Shown piece by piece: positions 29,060 through 37,008 of a stretch of DNA of 54,400 bases. Under the pieces are notes generated by a model. It made no database searches, was not told where the DNA came from, and was given only the letters and a program-made list of their open reading frames with translations. Position 1 is the first letter of the stretch; the number at the start of each line of letters is the position of its first letter. Source of the DNA: a virus (Duplodnaviria > Caudoviricetes); the IMG/VR virus record IMGVR_UViG_3300025087_000086, positions 1-54,400 of that record, one strand, 5' to 3'. The translations under genes were made by a program, and so were the position numbers.

Positions 29060-29319
29060 TTTACTCTCCTCGCTTTCCTATGTTCTTTCATCTGCTGCTT
29101 AGCTATCTTAGCTGTCTCTGGGGACACATCTCCGTAATGAGTAGCATACCCATCCTTGGACCAGCCTGAGCCTTTAAGGTGAAACTCTGGGAGGCTAAGC
29201 TGTCTAACTAGTTTCTCTCCACACTCTTTGCAGTACTGGTCATTCCGTAGGTCAACTGGGATCCCCAGTCTGTCCTCTTTTTTCTGACACTTCAGACATA
29301 AATAAGTGTATGTTGGCAT
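29056..29319 (-). CDS. FmdB-family zinc ribbon protein
   Basis: MPTYTYLCLKC...CKECG...FHLKGSGWSKDGY. Confidence 0.85.
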   Translation of the reverse strand: MPTYTYLCLKCQKKEDRLGIPVDLRNDQYCKECGEKLVRQLSLPEFHLKGSGWSKDGYATHYGDVSPETAKIAKQQMKEHRKARRVK

Positions 29320-29324
29320 GATAC

Positions 29325-29873
29325 TTAGTCTCCCTTACTCAGAATCCTATAGAGTACTAAGTACCCAATCAAATCAAGTATCGTATCATCCCCTGGATAC
29401 TCAGTACCCTTAGCGACCCTGGACAGCTTATCATCTATGCGAACTCTCATCTGTTCCAACGGATCGGCTTTACTGAACACTCGGATCGGCTCAGCGGCTG
29501 AGTTACCGTAGCATTTGTTCTTGAGTAGAAGCATAGACTTGACTACATCACACTCCCTTGTAATCCTCTGTTCCATTGGAACCACTGGAGTCTGCCCAGT
29601 ATCCTTTAGGTACTCTACGATTTCTTCTTCACTCAAGTACTTCCCAATCTCCTCTTCTACATTAATAACTGGAACTGGGCAAGAGAACATGGGTGCTACA
29701 TACCTTAACCCTAGCTCTTTGTCTGACTTCCTCCTGCCTTCCAGCGTTTGACACTGACACCCTTCGTCCTGAGTATCTTGGGTATCAGGGGCGTCTTGGG
29801 TATCAAGGATATCCATACCGTTCTTATTATTCCAGTCATATACTTTATGAAGCCTAAGTTCCAAGCTACCCAT
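29325..29873 (-). CDS. DUF1599 / nucleotide-modification-associated domain protein (MazG-like)
   Basis: KNKCYGNS...VRIDDKLSR...DTILDLIGYLVL. Confidence 0.7.
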   Translation of the reverse strand: MGSLELRLHKVYDWNNKNGMDILDTQDAPDTQDTQDEGCQCQTLEGRRKSDKELGLRYVAPMFSCPVPVINVEEEIGKYLSEEEIVEYLKDTGQTPVVPMEQRITRECDVVKSMLLLKNKCYGNSAAEPIRVFSKADPLEQMRVRIDDKLSRVAKGTEYPGDDTILDLIGYLVLYRILSKGD

Positions 29874-29887
29874 AGGTCACTCCTCCC

Positions 29888-30106
29888 TTAATTTCCAGGA
29901 AAACATAAATACTTCTTTTCTTTTTTCTTGTTCTCTTCTGACATAGTGTTATGACTTCTCATTACATAGCTACCATTGTTAACAGCGGATACCATTTCAA
30001 TATCTTCTCCCTTTAATTCCTCGTAATCACTATAGAGTTTATATACGATCTCAAGGTCATCTGGAAAAAGCTCCAAGAATTCTCTTAACTCTTTTACTGT
30101 CATCAT
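29888..30106 (-). CDS. Hypothetical protein
   Basis: MTVKELREFLELFPDDLEI, a common phage N-terminal motif; RBS present. Confidence 0.65.
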   Translation of the reverse strand: MMTVKELREFLELFPDDLEIVYKLYSDYEELKGEDIEMVSAVNNGSYVMRSHNTMSEENKKKEKKYLCFPGN

Positions 30107-30109
30107 AGG

Positions 30110-30364
30110 CTACTCCTCCAAGTATGTAGTTTTATCTCCAACCTCATCAAAACAGCTACTATCGAGTAGAAACTGGGACCAATAGGGATGATCCACATCT
30201 ACATCTTTTACTGGGCCTACCTCTGTTTCAATCCAGTAGTCTCCAACTTCAGTGACAGTCATTACATCGGGCCTAATTGGACAATTCTTATCTACTCCGT
30301 TGGCTTGGTAAATACCAAAGGAATTAATAACTACCACCATTCCTACTCTTGGATTCTTTAACAT
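30110..30364 (-). CDS. Hypothetical protein
   Basis: 84 aa, GGAGGAG RBS. Confidence 0.6.
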   Translation of the reverse strand: MLKNPRVGMVVVINSFGIYQANGVDKNCPIRPDVMTVTEVGDYWIETEVGPVKDVDVDHPYWSQFLLDSSCFDEVGDKTTYLEE

Positions 30365-30367
30365 AGG

Positions 30368-30550
30368 TCACTCCTCCAAATGTAAATCTTCTTTAAGCAT
30401 TTCTGAAATTTGCTCGTACCTCTCTTCGACCCAAACCTCTAGCCCATCCTCCAAATCGGACACAGTAACCTCGATCCGTTCCTCTAGTTCACACAGGGAA
30501 TAGTTCTCCTTGAGCAGTTCAATCATCTTTTTGATAGTGAGTTTCTTCAT
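30368..30550 (-). CDS. Small acidic hypothetical protein
   Basis: 60 aa, in operon. Confidence 0.55.
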   Translation of the reverse strand: MKKLTIKKMIELLKENYSLCELEERIEVTVSDLEDGLEVWVEERYEQISEMLKEDLHLEE

Positions 30551-30565
30551 AGTGCCCTTTGGCCT

Positions 30566-31300
30566 CTACCGTAGCAAAGATTCAAACGAGATAGCCACTG
30601 GCATCCCGGATACTATAACCACTGCTCCCCTAATGGGTCGGATTACTGAGCCCTTGTTATAAGCGTATGGTGGTCCCTTGTCCGAGATGAGACATCCGGT
30701 GTCCACTGCATAGATGAGCTTAGTTGGTGAATGTATCCCCTGTATCCCGAACTTCGAGTGAGCATGGGCCAATACCGTAGTCATTCCCATAGTCTTTGCT
30801 ACGTTATATGTGGAACCAGATGCAGTATGCCTGAAGTAGAGCTTCTCTCTAGTAGAGTTCACTGTGATGCTAAGATCAGTACTCCATCTCCAGGTGCTAG
30901 GGGCTCTGATAAGCTGGTTGTAGGGTACAATCATCTCCTTTGGTATCCCAGCCATAGTTCCACTCTTGTAGAGCCTATCATCGTGGTTAGAGGCAATGAT
31001 GTCCATACGGGGGAACAGCTCAGCTAACTCTTCACAGCAGTCCACAGCCCTACTTATCTCAGAAGAAGGGGATTCATGGTTAGGAGCCTTGGGATATGCA
31101 GAGAACGCATACTGATCCAACAAGTCTCCAGCATGAATCACTCGGTCTGGTTCGTACTCCTCTTTGATCTTTCGTAGGAATCTAAATGTATCCCTATGCT
31201 GATATGGGAAATGTGTATCAGCGAATGCCAATACAATTTCATTGTCATATCGTTTAGTTAGTCTCTGGTTCAGATTCATTGGGTTCCTATTCATTATCAC
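30566..31300 (-). CDS. Calcineurin-like metallophosphoesterase
   Basis: DTH, GDLLD, SNHD, H and AHAH motifs. Confidence 0.85.
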   Translation of the reverse strand: MIMNRNPMNLNQRLTKRYDNEIVLAFADTHFPYQHRDTFRFLRKIKEEYEPDRVIHAGDLLDQYAFSAYPKAPNHESPSSEISRAVDCCEELAELFPRMDIIASNHDDRLYKSGTMAGIPKEMIVPYNQLIRAPSTWRWSTDLSITVNSTREKLYFRHTASGSTYNVAKTMGMTTVLAHAHSKFGIQGIHSPTKLIYAVDTGCLISDKGPPYAYNKGSVIRPIRGAVVIVSGMPVAISFESLLR

Positions 31301-31550
31301 TTATCTCTTTCTCAAGTTCTTTCTTTTGCTTCTCAAGCTTCTTGACTTCAGCCTTGAGTGTTGCTCTATCTTCACTCATCCTCTGAACCTGCTTCTTGTC
31401 ACCCAATGCAGACTCCATCCTATTACACATACCTTGAAGCTCTTCGATGAGACCCACAAGAGAGCAGTAGTTCCTTGTCTCGTTGCACTTCCTCATCTCT
31501 TCCAATACATCACATGCTGTTCTGTTAGCCCAGTACTCGTAGAAACTCAT
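31287..31550 (-). CDS. Hypothetical coiled-coil protein
   Basis: 87 aa, GGAGG RBS. Confidence 0.6.
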   Translation of the reverse strand: MSFYEYWANRTACDVLEEMRKCNETRNYCSLVGLIEELQGMCNRMESALGDKKQVQRMSEDRATLKAEVKKLEKQKKELEKEISDNE

Positions 31551-31786
31551 CCTTGGCCTCCCATTAGTTTATTCAGTAAATTTGCTAAGCTCCCACCGTC
31601 TCTCTGAAATGGACAACTGTCTCCAGAGACAAACAGAGTGCATTCAGAATTGAAGTAATGTTGACAGTCCTCAGCACCCTTACTGCCCTTATGTTCACAG
31701 TTGTATAGGTACTGTCGCTTGTGCGTTCTCTTGGCACAATCTTCAGGTTTCATGGCGTGATACTCAGTCATCCTCTTTAACCACAA
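31547..31786 (-). CDS. Hypothetical Cys-rich protein (start uncertain)
   Basis: 5 Cys, overlaps neighbours. Confidence 0.45.
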   Translation of the reverse strand: MWLKRMTEYHAMKPEDCAKRTHKRQYLYNCEHKGSKGAEDCQHYFNSECTLFVSGDSCPFQRDGGSLANLLNKLMGGQG

Positions 31787-31955
31787 GATAACAATCTTTA
31801 TGAATAACTATCTCAACCATGCTGGTGGGAAAATGAAGCGGACAAAAACCTTCACGCTTAACATCAGGTTTCCCATTTTGTCCTTTGTCCCAAATTTCTA
31901 CAGTTACCTTAAAATCACTTGTGTCTGCATTTTCAATTCTAATTACCTTTGACAT
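31764..31955 (-). CDS. Hypothetical protein
   Basis: IRIENADTSDFKVTVEIWDK, 63 aa, RBS present. Confidence 0.6.
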   Translation of the reverse strand: MSKVIRIENADTSDFKVTVEIWDKGQNGKPDVKREGFCPLHFPTSMVEIVIHKDCYLVVKEDD

Positions 31956-31970
31956 GATCTATTCCTTTAA

Positions 31971-32174
31971 TTAATAATTAATCTGTGGTATATCTTTCCA
32001 TAAAGATATATTTTTATCATCATTGACAGTACCGCCATTTGACAATGCCAGCTTACCGTCGTTAAATTGAATTAATACTGGATAATCATAATCATTAGGT
32101 GGCAAAATATCATGTCTACTAACCCATTTGATTTGTGTTAGGTTAGATAACTGTCTTGCAAGTTCAATACTCAT
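31971..32174 (-). CDS. Hypothetical protein
   Basis: 67 aa, WVS...LP motif (DUF551-like). Confidence 0.5.
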   Translation of the reverse strand: MSIELARQLSNLTQIKWVSRHDILPPNDYDYPVLIQFNDGKLALSNGGTVNDDKNISLWKDIPQINY

Positions 32175-32866
32175 TCTATCTCCCTTGATAACGGTCTATT
32201 AAAACGTATTCGTAAAACCCTCCCATCTGTCAGAAGAACACTCCCCATCATTTTTCCGTGTCCACAACAAGAAGCATCGGTCGGGATGTTCGCGGCGTTG
32301 AGAGCAGCTACAATATCAGCGATACAAATATCGACCCCCTCAACTCTTCCGTTTAATGGCATTGGTATTTGACACTTGTATTCACCGACTGGGGTACATT
32401 TACTTGGCTTCAGTCCTGTTGTGTAGTGAGCCTCTTCCGTTCCAGTTATATTGCACCAGTCAGCATCGGCACATTGCTCAGCCATAGAGTCTTCACAATC
32501 CCCTATGCCATCACACAAATTTCCTCTTTTACCCCTTTTAAGTCTTTTATCCATATCATTAATAGCCTCTGGCAAGCTTTCAGAGAATGCATCAGTATTG
32601 TCAAAAGTACCTGTATCTGTATTCATCCCCGTTCTCATCCCCTCCTTGGCGGTTAATGCCTCTGTCCCATGAAACCATATTGGAACATTATCATAGCCTA
32701 ATATTTTCAATCTTCTATTGATACAAGAAATGCAAAGAATCCCACAATCATCATCATCATTTTTTGTTGGTTTAATTTTATTCCAAATATCATCAGTAAC
32801 AATCCCCTCTATCCATGAATCACTTCCGTAAACCATTCCGCAATCGTTACAATGTGTATGACACAT
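32171..32866 (-). CDS. Cys-rich multi-domain hypothetical protein
   Basis: CNDC...W...LCISC N-terminal domain; DICIADIVAALN...TDASCCGHG C-terminal domain. Confidence 0.6.
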   Translation of the reverse strand: MCHTHCNDCGMVYGSDSWIEGIVTDDIWNKIKPTKNDDDDCGILCISCINRRLKILGYDNVPIWFHGTEALTAKEGMRTGMNTDTGTFDNTDAFSESLPEAINDMDKRLKRGKRGNLCDGIGDCEDSMAEQCADADWCNITGTEEAHYTTGLKPSKCTPVGEYKCQIPMPLNGRVEGVDICIADIVAALNAANIPTDASCCGHGKMMGSVLLTDGRVLRIRFNRPLSREIE

Positions 32867-32867
32867 T

Positions 32868-33035
32868 TCAATTCACCTGGTTGTGGATAATTATTAATTT
32901 TCCATCTGAACGATACTCTTTTGCTTCTGGTACACACTTGCAAAATTCATCAAGCATATGCGGAGCCAATGGTTTCCCGTCAGTATTTACTGGAACAACA
33001 TGGACCATTCCTTTTATTTCAAACCATCGCCACAT
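32868..33035 (-). CDS. 55-aa His/Cys protein (not in ORF track)
   Basis: HVVP...H...CKCVP...IIHN; fills the gap between two genes. Confidence 0.5.
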   Translation of the reverse strand: MWRWFEIKGMVHVVPVNTDGKPLAPHMLDEFCKCVPEAKEYRSDGKLIIIHNQVN

Positions 33036-33454
33036 ATCTCTACATTCCCAGGAAGTTCTTTGAAGTACCTCTCACACCGCTCAAGGAACCTAGGGAGTTC
33101 TTTGTGAAGCGAATACGGAACGTCTTCGGTATAATAGAACCTCCCCTTGATTGCCCTTCGTACTGCTATCTCTGATGCTTGGTCTTTGTTGAACCTGTTC
33201 CCTGCGAACAGTTCTCCAATGAAGTTATAAGCTGACCAGCCAAGTCGTACCGTGTCGTCTTCATCCCGATATGCAAAGAGACACCCAACTGGCCTGGTCT
33301 TATCTTTGTTACCGTACTTGTCTCGTTTGTAGACGTACTCAGCTAGAGGCTTGTAGTGACCCTTATACTCGTATTCATACGAAGCCTCATACCCATAGTC
33401 TAACCCACTCAGGTCTCCTTCTACCTCTGCAATTACAGTCTCTTTTTCTTTCAT
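33014..33454 (-). CDS. Hypothetical protein
   Basis: 146 aa; LGWS...FNKDQASEIAVRR; GGAGG RBS. Confidence 0.65.
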   Translation of the reverse strand: MKEKETVIAEVEGDLSGLDYGYEASYEYEYKGHYKPLAEYVYKRDKYGNKDKTRPVGCLFAYRDEDDTVRLGWSAYNFIGELFAGNRFNKDQASEIAVRRAIKGRFYYTEDVPYSLHKELPRFLERCERYFKELPGNVEICGDGLK

Positions 33455-33465
33455 TTGATTTCCTC

Positions 33466-33783
33466 CTAAAGAAGCTCTTCTTCTTCAATAATTTTATAAA
33501 ACTTTATACCTTCTAGCTGAGAATACCCAGGCTCCGGTACGGGTATGAAGTCAAGTAGAATATCAAGCTCCTCTCCAGTTAACAAAGGAGGCCCATAGTA
33601 CTGTCTAAGTTCTGAATCATCATACTCTTCTATCCCAGGATTCTTTGGATTTCTAAAGAGTGGTTTGATTTTATCTATAATACCTTTTAACTCATCAAGC
33701 TTTTCTTTTGACACATTATACACTTCTGTTACATAATCTGCATCATTAGTATCTACTATTACTTCTACTTTGTATTCCTTCAT
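33466..33783 (-). CDS. Hypothetical protein
   Basis: 105 aa; VDTNDADYVT; GGAGG RBS. Confidence 0.65.
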   Translation of the reverse strand: MKEYKVEVIVDTNDADYVTEVYNVSKEKLDELKGIIDKIKPLFRNPKNPGIEEYDDSELRQYYGPPLLTGEELDILLDFIPVPEPGYSQLEGIKFYKIIEEEELL

Positions 33784-33820
33784 TTGATTTCCTCCGGTTA
33801 CTTTGATTTACTTTGGTCAC

Positions 33821-33896
33821 TGGTGTTCCCAGGTGGAGTCGAACCAACCATCAATCTGTTATAAGCAGATCGCTCTAGCCGTTGAGCTATGGGAAC
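33821..33896 (-). tRNA. tRNA-Ile (UAU)
   Basis: Acceptor GTTCCCA/TGGGAAC, anticodon arm ATCTG-CTTATAA-CAGAT, TTCGA T-loop, encoded CCA. Confidence 0.85.
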
Positions 33897-33917
33897 ATTT
33901 GGATTGCTTAATGCAAC

Positions 33918-33993
33918 TGGAGCCACAGGGAAGACTCGAACTCCCATGTTCCCGCTTACAAGGCGGGAGCTTTGCCAATTAAGCTACTGTGGC
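33918..33993 (-). tRNA. tRNA-Thr (UGU)
   Basis: Acceptor GCCACAG/CTGTGGC, anticodon arm CCCGC-CTTGTAA-GCGGG, encoded CCA. Confidence 0.92.
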
Positions 33994-33999
33994 TAATAC

Positions 34000-34101
34000 T
34001 AAGAGTGCCAGGGGATTCGAACCCCTGCTTGCAACCTGCTTGCTTTAAAGGGAATCGAACCCTTTACCTACTTTGGTAGGTGTACACCAGTAGCACTCTT
34101 A
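34000..34101 (-). ncRNA. tRNA-like RNA with two T-arms
   Basis: Closing stem TAAGAGTGC/GCACTCTTA; hairpins TAAAGGG-TTCGATT-CCCTTTA and CAGGGG-TTCGAAT-CCCCTG. Confidence 0.6.
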
Positions 34102-34106
34102 TGAAC

Positions 34107-34182
34107 TGGCTCCAGAGCCAGGACTCGAACTTGGAATACCTTGGTTAACAGCCAAGTGTCTTGCCAATTAGACTACTCTGGA
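34107..34182 (-). tRNA. tRNA-Asn (GUU)
   Basis: Acceptor TCCAGAG/CTCTGGA, anticodon arm CTTGG-CTGTTAA-CCAAG, encoded CCA. Confidence 0.92.
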
Positions 34183-34193
34183 GTGTATTCTAG

Positions 34194-34343
34194 TTATTCT
34201 GTCTCTGTTGGTTTCCTTAAAAGCGTAAGTGCATGAGCTAAACTAGCTATAGCTTGAGCAAATTGCTGCGCTTCAAACGCACTCTTCGTGTCTGTTAATG
34301 ATTTCGTTAGTTCCTCTATTGCGTTTTCAAGTTTCTTTTCCAT
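34194..34343 (-). CDS. 49-aa helical protein inside the tRNA cluster (not in ORF track)
   Basis: MEKKLENAIEELTKSLTDTKSAFEAQQFAQAIASLAHALTLLRKPTETE; AGGAG RBS. Confidence 0.6.
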   Translation of the reverse strand: MEKKLENAIEELTKSLTDTKSAFEAQQFAQAIASLAHALTLLRKPTETE

Positions 34344-34417
34344 AGGGTTTCATCTCCTAATCTCCGTCAGTTTTAGAACCAACCTAATGCGGCTGAGTTA
34401 GGCTGGTTAAACAGGTA

Positions 34418-34503
34418 TCTGTCTCTAGTACCTAGACCCTCAGCTCAGTACCGAGGGCTTCCTGAGCCCGTTTCCCTGCTAAGCAATCGTCTCTAGAGAC
34501 AGA
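34418..34503 (-). ncRNA. Putative structured RNA element
   Basis: Perfect 11-bp closing stem TCTGTCTCTAG/CTAGAGACAGA with internal hairpins. Confidence 0.4.
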
Positions 34504-34525
34504 CTCCATTGGCCTCTCTGCTATC

Positions 34526-34612
34526 TGGTCCAAGTGGAGAGACTCGAACTCTCACGCCCTAACGAGCGGCAGTCCCTAAAACTGCTGTGGCTACCAGTTA
34601 CACCACACTTGG
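34526..34612 (-). tRNA. tRNA-Leu (UAG)
   Basis: Acceptor CCAAGTG/CACTTGG, anticodon arm GCAGT-TTTAGGG-ACTGC, long variable arm, encoded CCA. Confidence 0.9.
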
Positions 34613-34618
34613 ATACCT

Positions 34619-34719
34619 TAAGGTACTACACAGGTGAAAGGACTTTTTACGAGATGCGGTAGCCCACTCTTGACTTTATACCCGACTCAACCTTTACTTA
34701 CTACCTGTGTAGTACCTTA
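34619..34719 (-). ncRNA. Putative structured RNA element
   Basis: Perfect 17-bp closing stem TAAGGTACTACACAGGT/ACCTGTGTAGTACCTTA enclosing a branched region. Confidence 0.45.
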
Positions 34720-34916
34720 TAGTCATTTTCTGTAAATGAGCTACCATCCTCCCAACCGAGTGAACTTAGTGGCACTGGCTTAGTTCTGTGCGTTTCGTTC
34801 CCATTCCTATCCTTATGAATTGAGTAACCATAAGTCACCACTCTCCCGCCTTCAAATAAACTAAACATTTTTAGTTCAACAGTCCCATAAAATGTAGATA
34901 GATTAATCTTTTTCAT
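34701..34916 (-). CDS. Hypothetical protein
   Basis: Likely start MKKINLSTF within the longer track ORF. Confidence 0.45.
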   Translation of the reverse strand: MKKINLSTFYGTVELKMFSLFEGGRVVTYGYSIHKDRNGNETHRTKPVPLSSLGWEDGSSFTENDYKVLHR

Positions 34917-35118
34917 ACCTGAACTGATCTCCCAAGAAATCCACTGACTCTCCCGGGTAACACTTTGGCCTCTCTCCAAAGAAACACACTGGAGCCCCCT
35001 CGGAACCCCACCATGCTTCCGCATTAGCTGCATCGGTATCAGTGAAGAACCTGTCGCATTTGTTCTTGTGTGTACAGGTGTTCTCTCTACACCAGGTTCG
35101 ACCTTTGTAGCACATCAC
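34903..35118 (-). CDS. Small Cys-rich protein
   Basis: MCYKGRTWC...C...CDR; GGAGGAG RBS. Confidence 0.6.
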   Translation of the reverse strand: MMCYKGRTWCRENTCTHKNKCDRFFTDTDAANAEAWWGSEGAPVCFFGERPKCYPGESVDFLGDQFRYEKD

Positions 35119-35486
35119 TAGTAGCTCCTCCCACTTATATATTTATTCTTTATATCCTCTCCTAACTTCTTGAGTTTTACCTCTCTAACACTCTCTTGCT
35201 CCTGAGCATTCAGTATTATCGCTTCCAGCTTTCCAAGTATCGCTAAGTACTGAGGGTGAGTAGCATCACAGTAGTCTCCGTGTTTCAGTGAATGCTCTAG
35301 TGCTTGTACTGGGTCACTAGTTTTGAATGAACCATCTCTCATAAGCAGACTAAACCTACAGTCCTTACAAGTGTATCGAAACGTACTCACATACATCCCG
35401 TCTATTCTAATTGAGCATCTGAACTTAGACTCTCCCTGATTCCCTTGGGAGTCTTGGGTATCTTTTGCTTTTCTATCTGAATCCAT
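35118..35486 (-). CDS. Hypothetical protein (true start may be downstream)
   Basis: CKDC...H...H zinc-finger-like motif. Confidence 0.5.
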   Translation of the reverse strand: MDSDRKAKDTQDSQGNQGESKFRCSIRIDGMYVSTFRYTCKDCRFSLLMRDGSFKTSDPVQALEHSLKHGDYCDATHPQYLAILGKLEAIILNAQEQESVREVKLKKLGEDIKNKYISGRSY

Positions 35487-35902
35487 TCCTTAGTTACCTC
35501 CCCGGAACAGAGAACCTCAGGTACATTCTGCACCGAATAACATAGAACCCCATACCTGTTACACCAGTCTCTGTATGTCATGTAGCTACCGTCTTTCCTT
35601 ACCTGGCCGTACTTTTTCTCTGGATTGGAGAAGAGAAATACTAACTCTACCCCAGGCGTCTCAGCAATAGCTTTGTACTTCGCTGCATCCCCCTCCCGAA
35701 AGAAACCCTTGGTCTCTATGAGTAGCCACTCCTTTCCGATAAAGGTGAAGTCAGGTTGGTACACCCTAGACATCCTGTAGTGTACCTTAGCTTCTTTACT
35801 CTCGTACTCAGCAGCAGGTAAGAGAGCCGCTACTGTCGCTTCAAACTTGCTCTTGTACTTCCCCGTTTTCTGGGGTTTCTTGGAGTATCGCTTGTATTTC
35901 AC
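35402..35902 (-). CDS. Endonuclease I / Holliday junction resolvase (T7 gp3-like)
   Basis: YKSKFE...YQPDF...IETKGFF...LVFLF...WC. Confidence 0.88.
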   Translation of the reverse strand: MKYKRYSKKPQKTGKYKSKFEATVAALLPAAEYESKEAKVHYRMSRVYQPDFTFIGKEWLLIETKGFFREGDAAKYKAIAETPGVELVFLFSNPEKKYGQVRKDGSYMTYRDWCNRYGVLCYSVQNVPEVLCSGEVTKEWIQIEKQKIPKTPKGIRESLSSDAQLE

Positions 35903-36965
35903 TTGGTAAAATCGCTCCTCTAGTAAGTGGTGGTTCCCATACTTCTTTTGGGTCTCTAAGTAAATGAACTTGTCTAGCCACGTTCGTTAAAGCTGCTAAA
36001 GCAAGGTCATACTTATCATTTGGTGTTAGATACCCAGACATTTCCTGCGGGATGTTCTTCTCCACATCTTTGAGATAAGCAAGAAGAGTTGAGAAAAAGA
36101 AACTCTCGTCTGAATCAGAGTTCCTTGTAGCCAATATCTTTTCAGCAGTCTTAGGGCCTACACCAGAGATACCGTAGATACCATCAGTAACGTCTCCCAT
36201 TAGTACCTGCTTCCAGAAATTGTAACGAGCCGCCAGTTGGTCAACCTGTAGTATCTCATCCTTCACTGGATTATAGTGAATCCCTGGAATCTGAAGCAAA
36301 TCTTTGTCTACAGAGACAATTACATTGGCTATTCCGAGTTCATTCAGTTGCTTGTTTCGAATAGCCAACACGTCATCTGCTTCGAGCCTATCCACAGACA
36401 TCGCTCCGAACTTATCCATAAGGTACTGCTTACAAGCGTTCAGATGCACTGGCTTATGCTCTTCCTTGCGCTTCTCTTTGTACGAGGGGTTGACTTCTTT
36501 ACGGAAATTCGTAGCTCCAGTGAGATAGAGTTCGAAGAAGAGATTCTTAGTATCCCCAATATGGTTATCCACTAAGCTATTATACATACTCTCAAGTGCC
36601 ATAGCTACATTGTGTATAGCGTATGACTCTGGTTCTGGTTTGAATACTGTAGTGATCTTGGGATTCTCTATACCGTTAGCTACACAGAAGGCGTCCATGT
36701 CCTTCTTATACCGAGTAGTGTAACCCTTGGAACTGTGTACCCCTGGCTCATTGGATACTCTGTACCTCACCTTATACATCTTCCCATCACAAGTAGCTGC
36801 TGCTCTGTAAGCGAATACATCAGCATCTACCAAGTACACTACATCACTTGGGTTCGGCTCAGTGAACCCTGTCCTGCATACCATACTTGACAAGGGATTC
36901 TTCTTTGGCTCCTTGTAAGTACCATTCTTTTTCATGTCTAATATCTGTTCTGCTATTAGCGCCAT
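35841..36965 (-). CDS. 5'-3' exonuclease (T7 gp6-like)
   Basis: DAD, NFRK, YK..R, EADD, SVDKDLLQIPG, GDVTDGIYGISGVGPKTA. Confidence 0.92.
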   Translation of the reverse strand: MALIAEQILDMKKNGTYKEPKKNPLSSMVCRTGFTEPNPSDVVYLVDADVFAYRAAATCDGKMYKVRYRVSNEPGVHSSKGYTTRYKKDMDAFCVANGIENPKITTVFKPEPESYAIHNVAMALESMYNSLVDNHIGDTKNLFFELYLTGATNFRKEVNPSYKEKRKEEHKPVHLNACKQYLMDKFGAMSVDRLEADDVLAIRNKQLNELGIANVIVSVDKDLLQIPGIHYNPVKDEILQVDQLAARYNFWKQVLMGDVTDGIYGISGVGPKTAEKILATRNSDSDESFFFSTLLAYLKDVEKNIPQEMSGYLTPNDKYDLALAALTNVARQVHLLRDPKEVWEPPLTRGAILPSEIQAILQETPENGEVQEQV

Positions 36966-37008
36966 AAGTTCTCCAGTTGCCACTGAGTTGAGTTGTCTAG
37001 GTCTCTAC

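Noticed and set aside
34418-34525. Hammerhead or theta (HDV-like) ribozyme after tRNA-Leu
   Set aside because: GAAAC and CTGA are present but I could not build the catalytic core or the nested pseudoknot.
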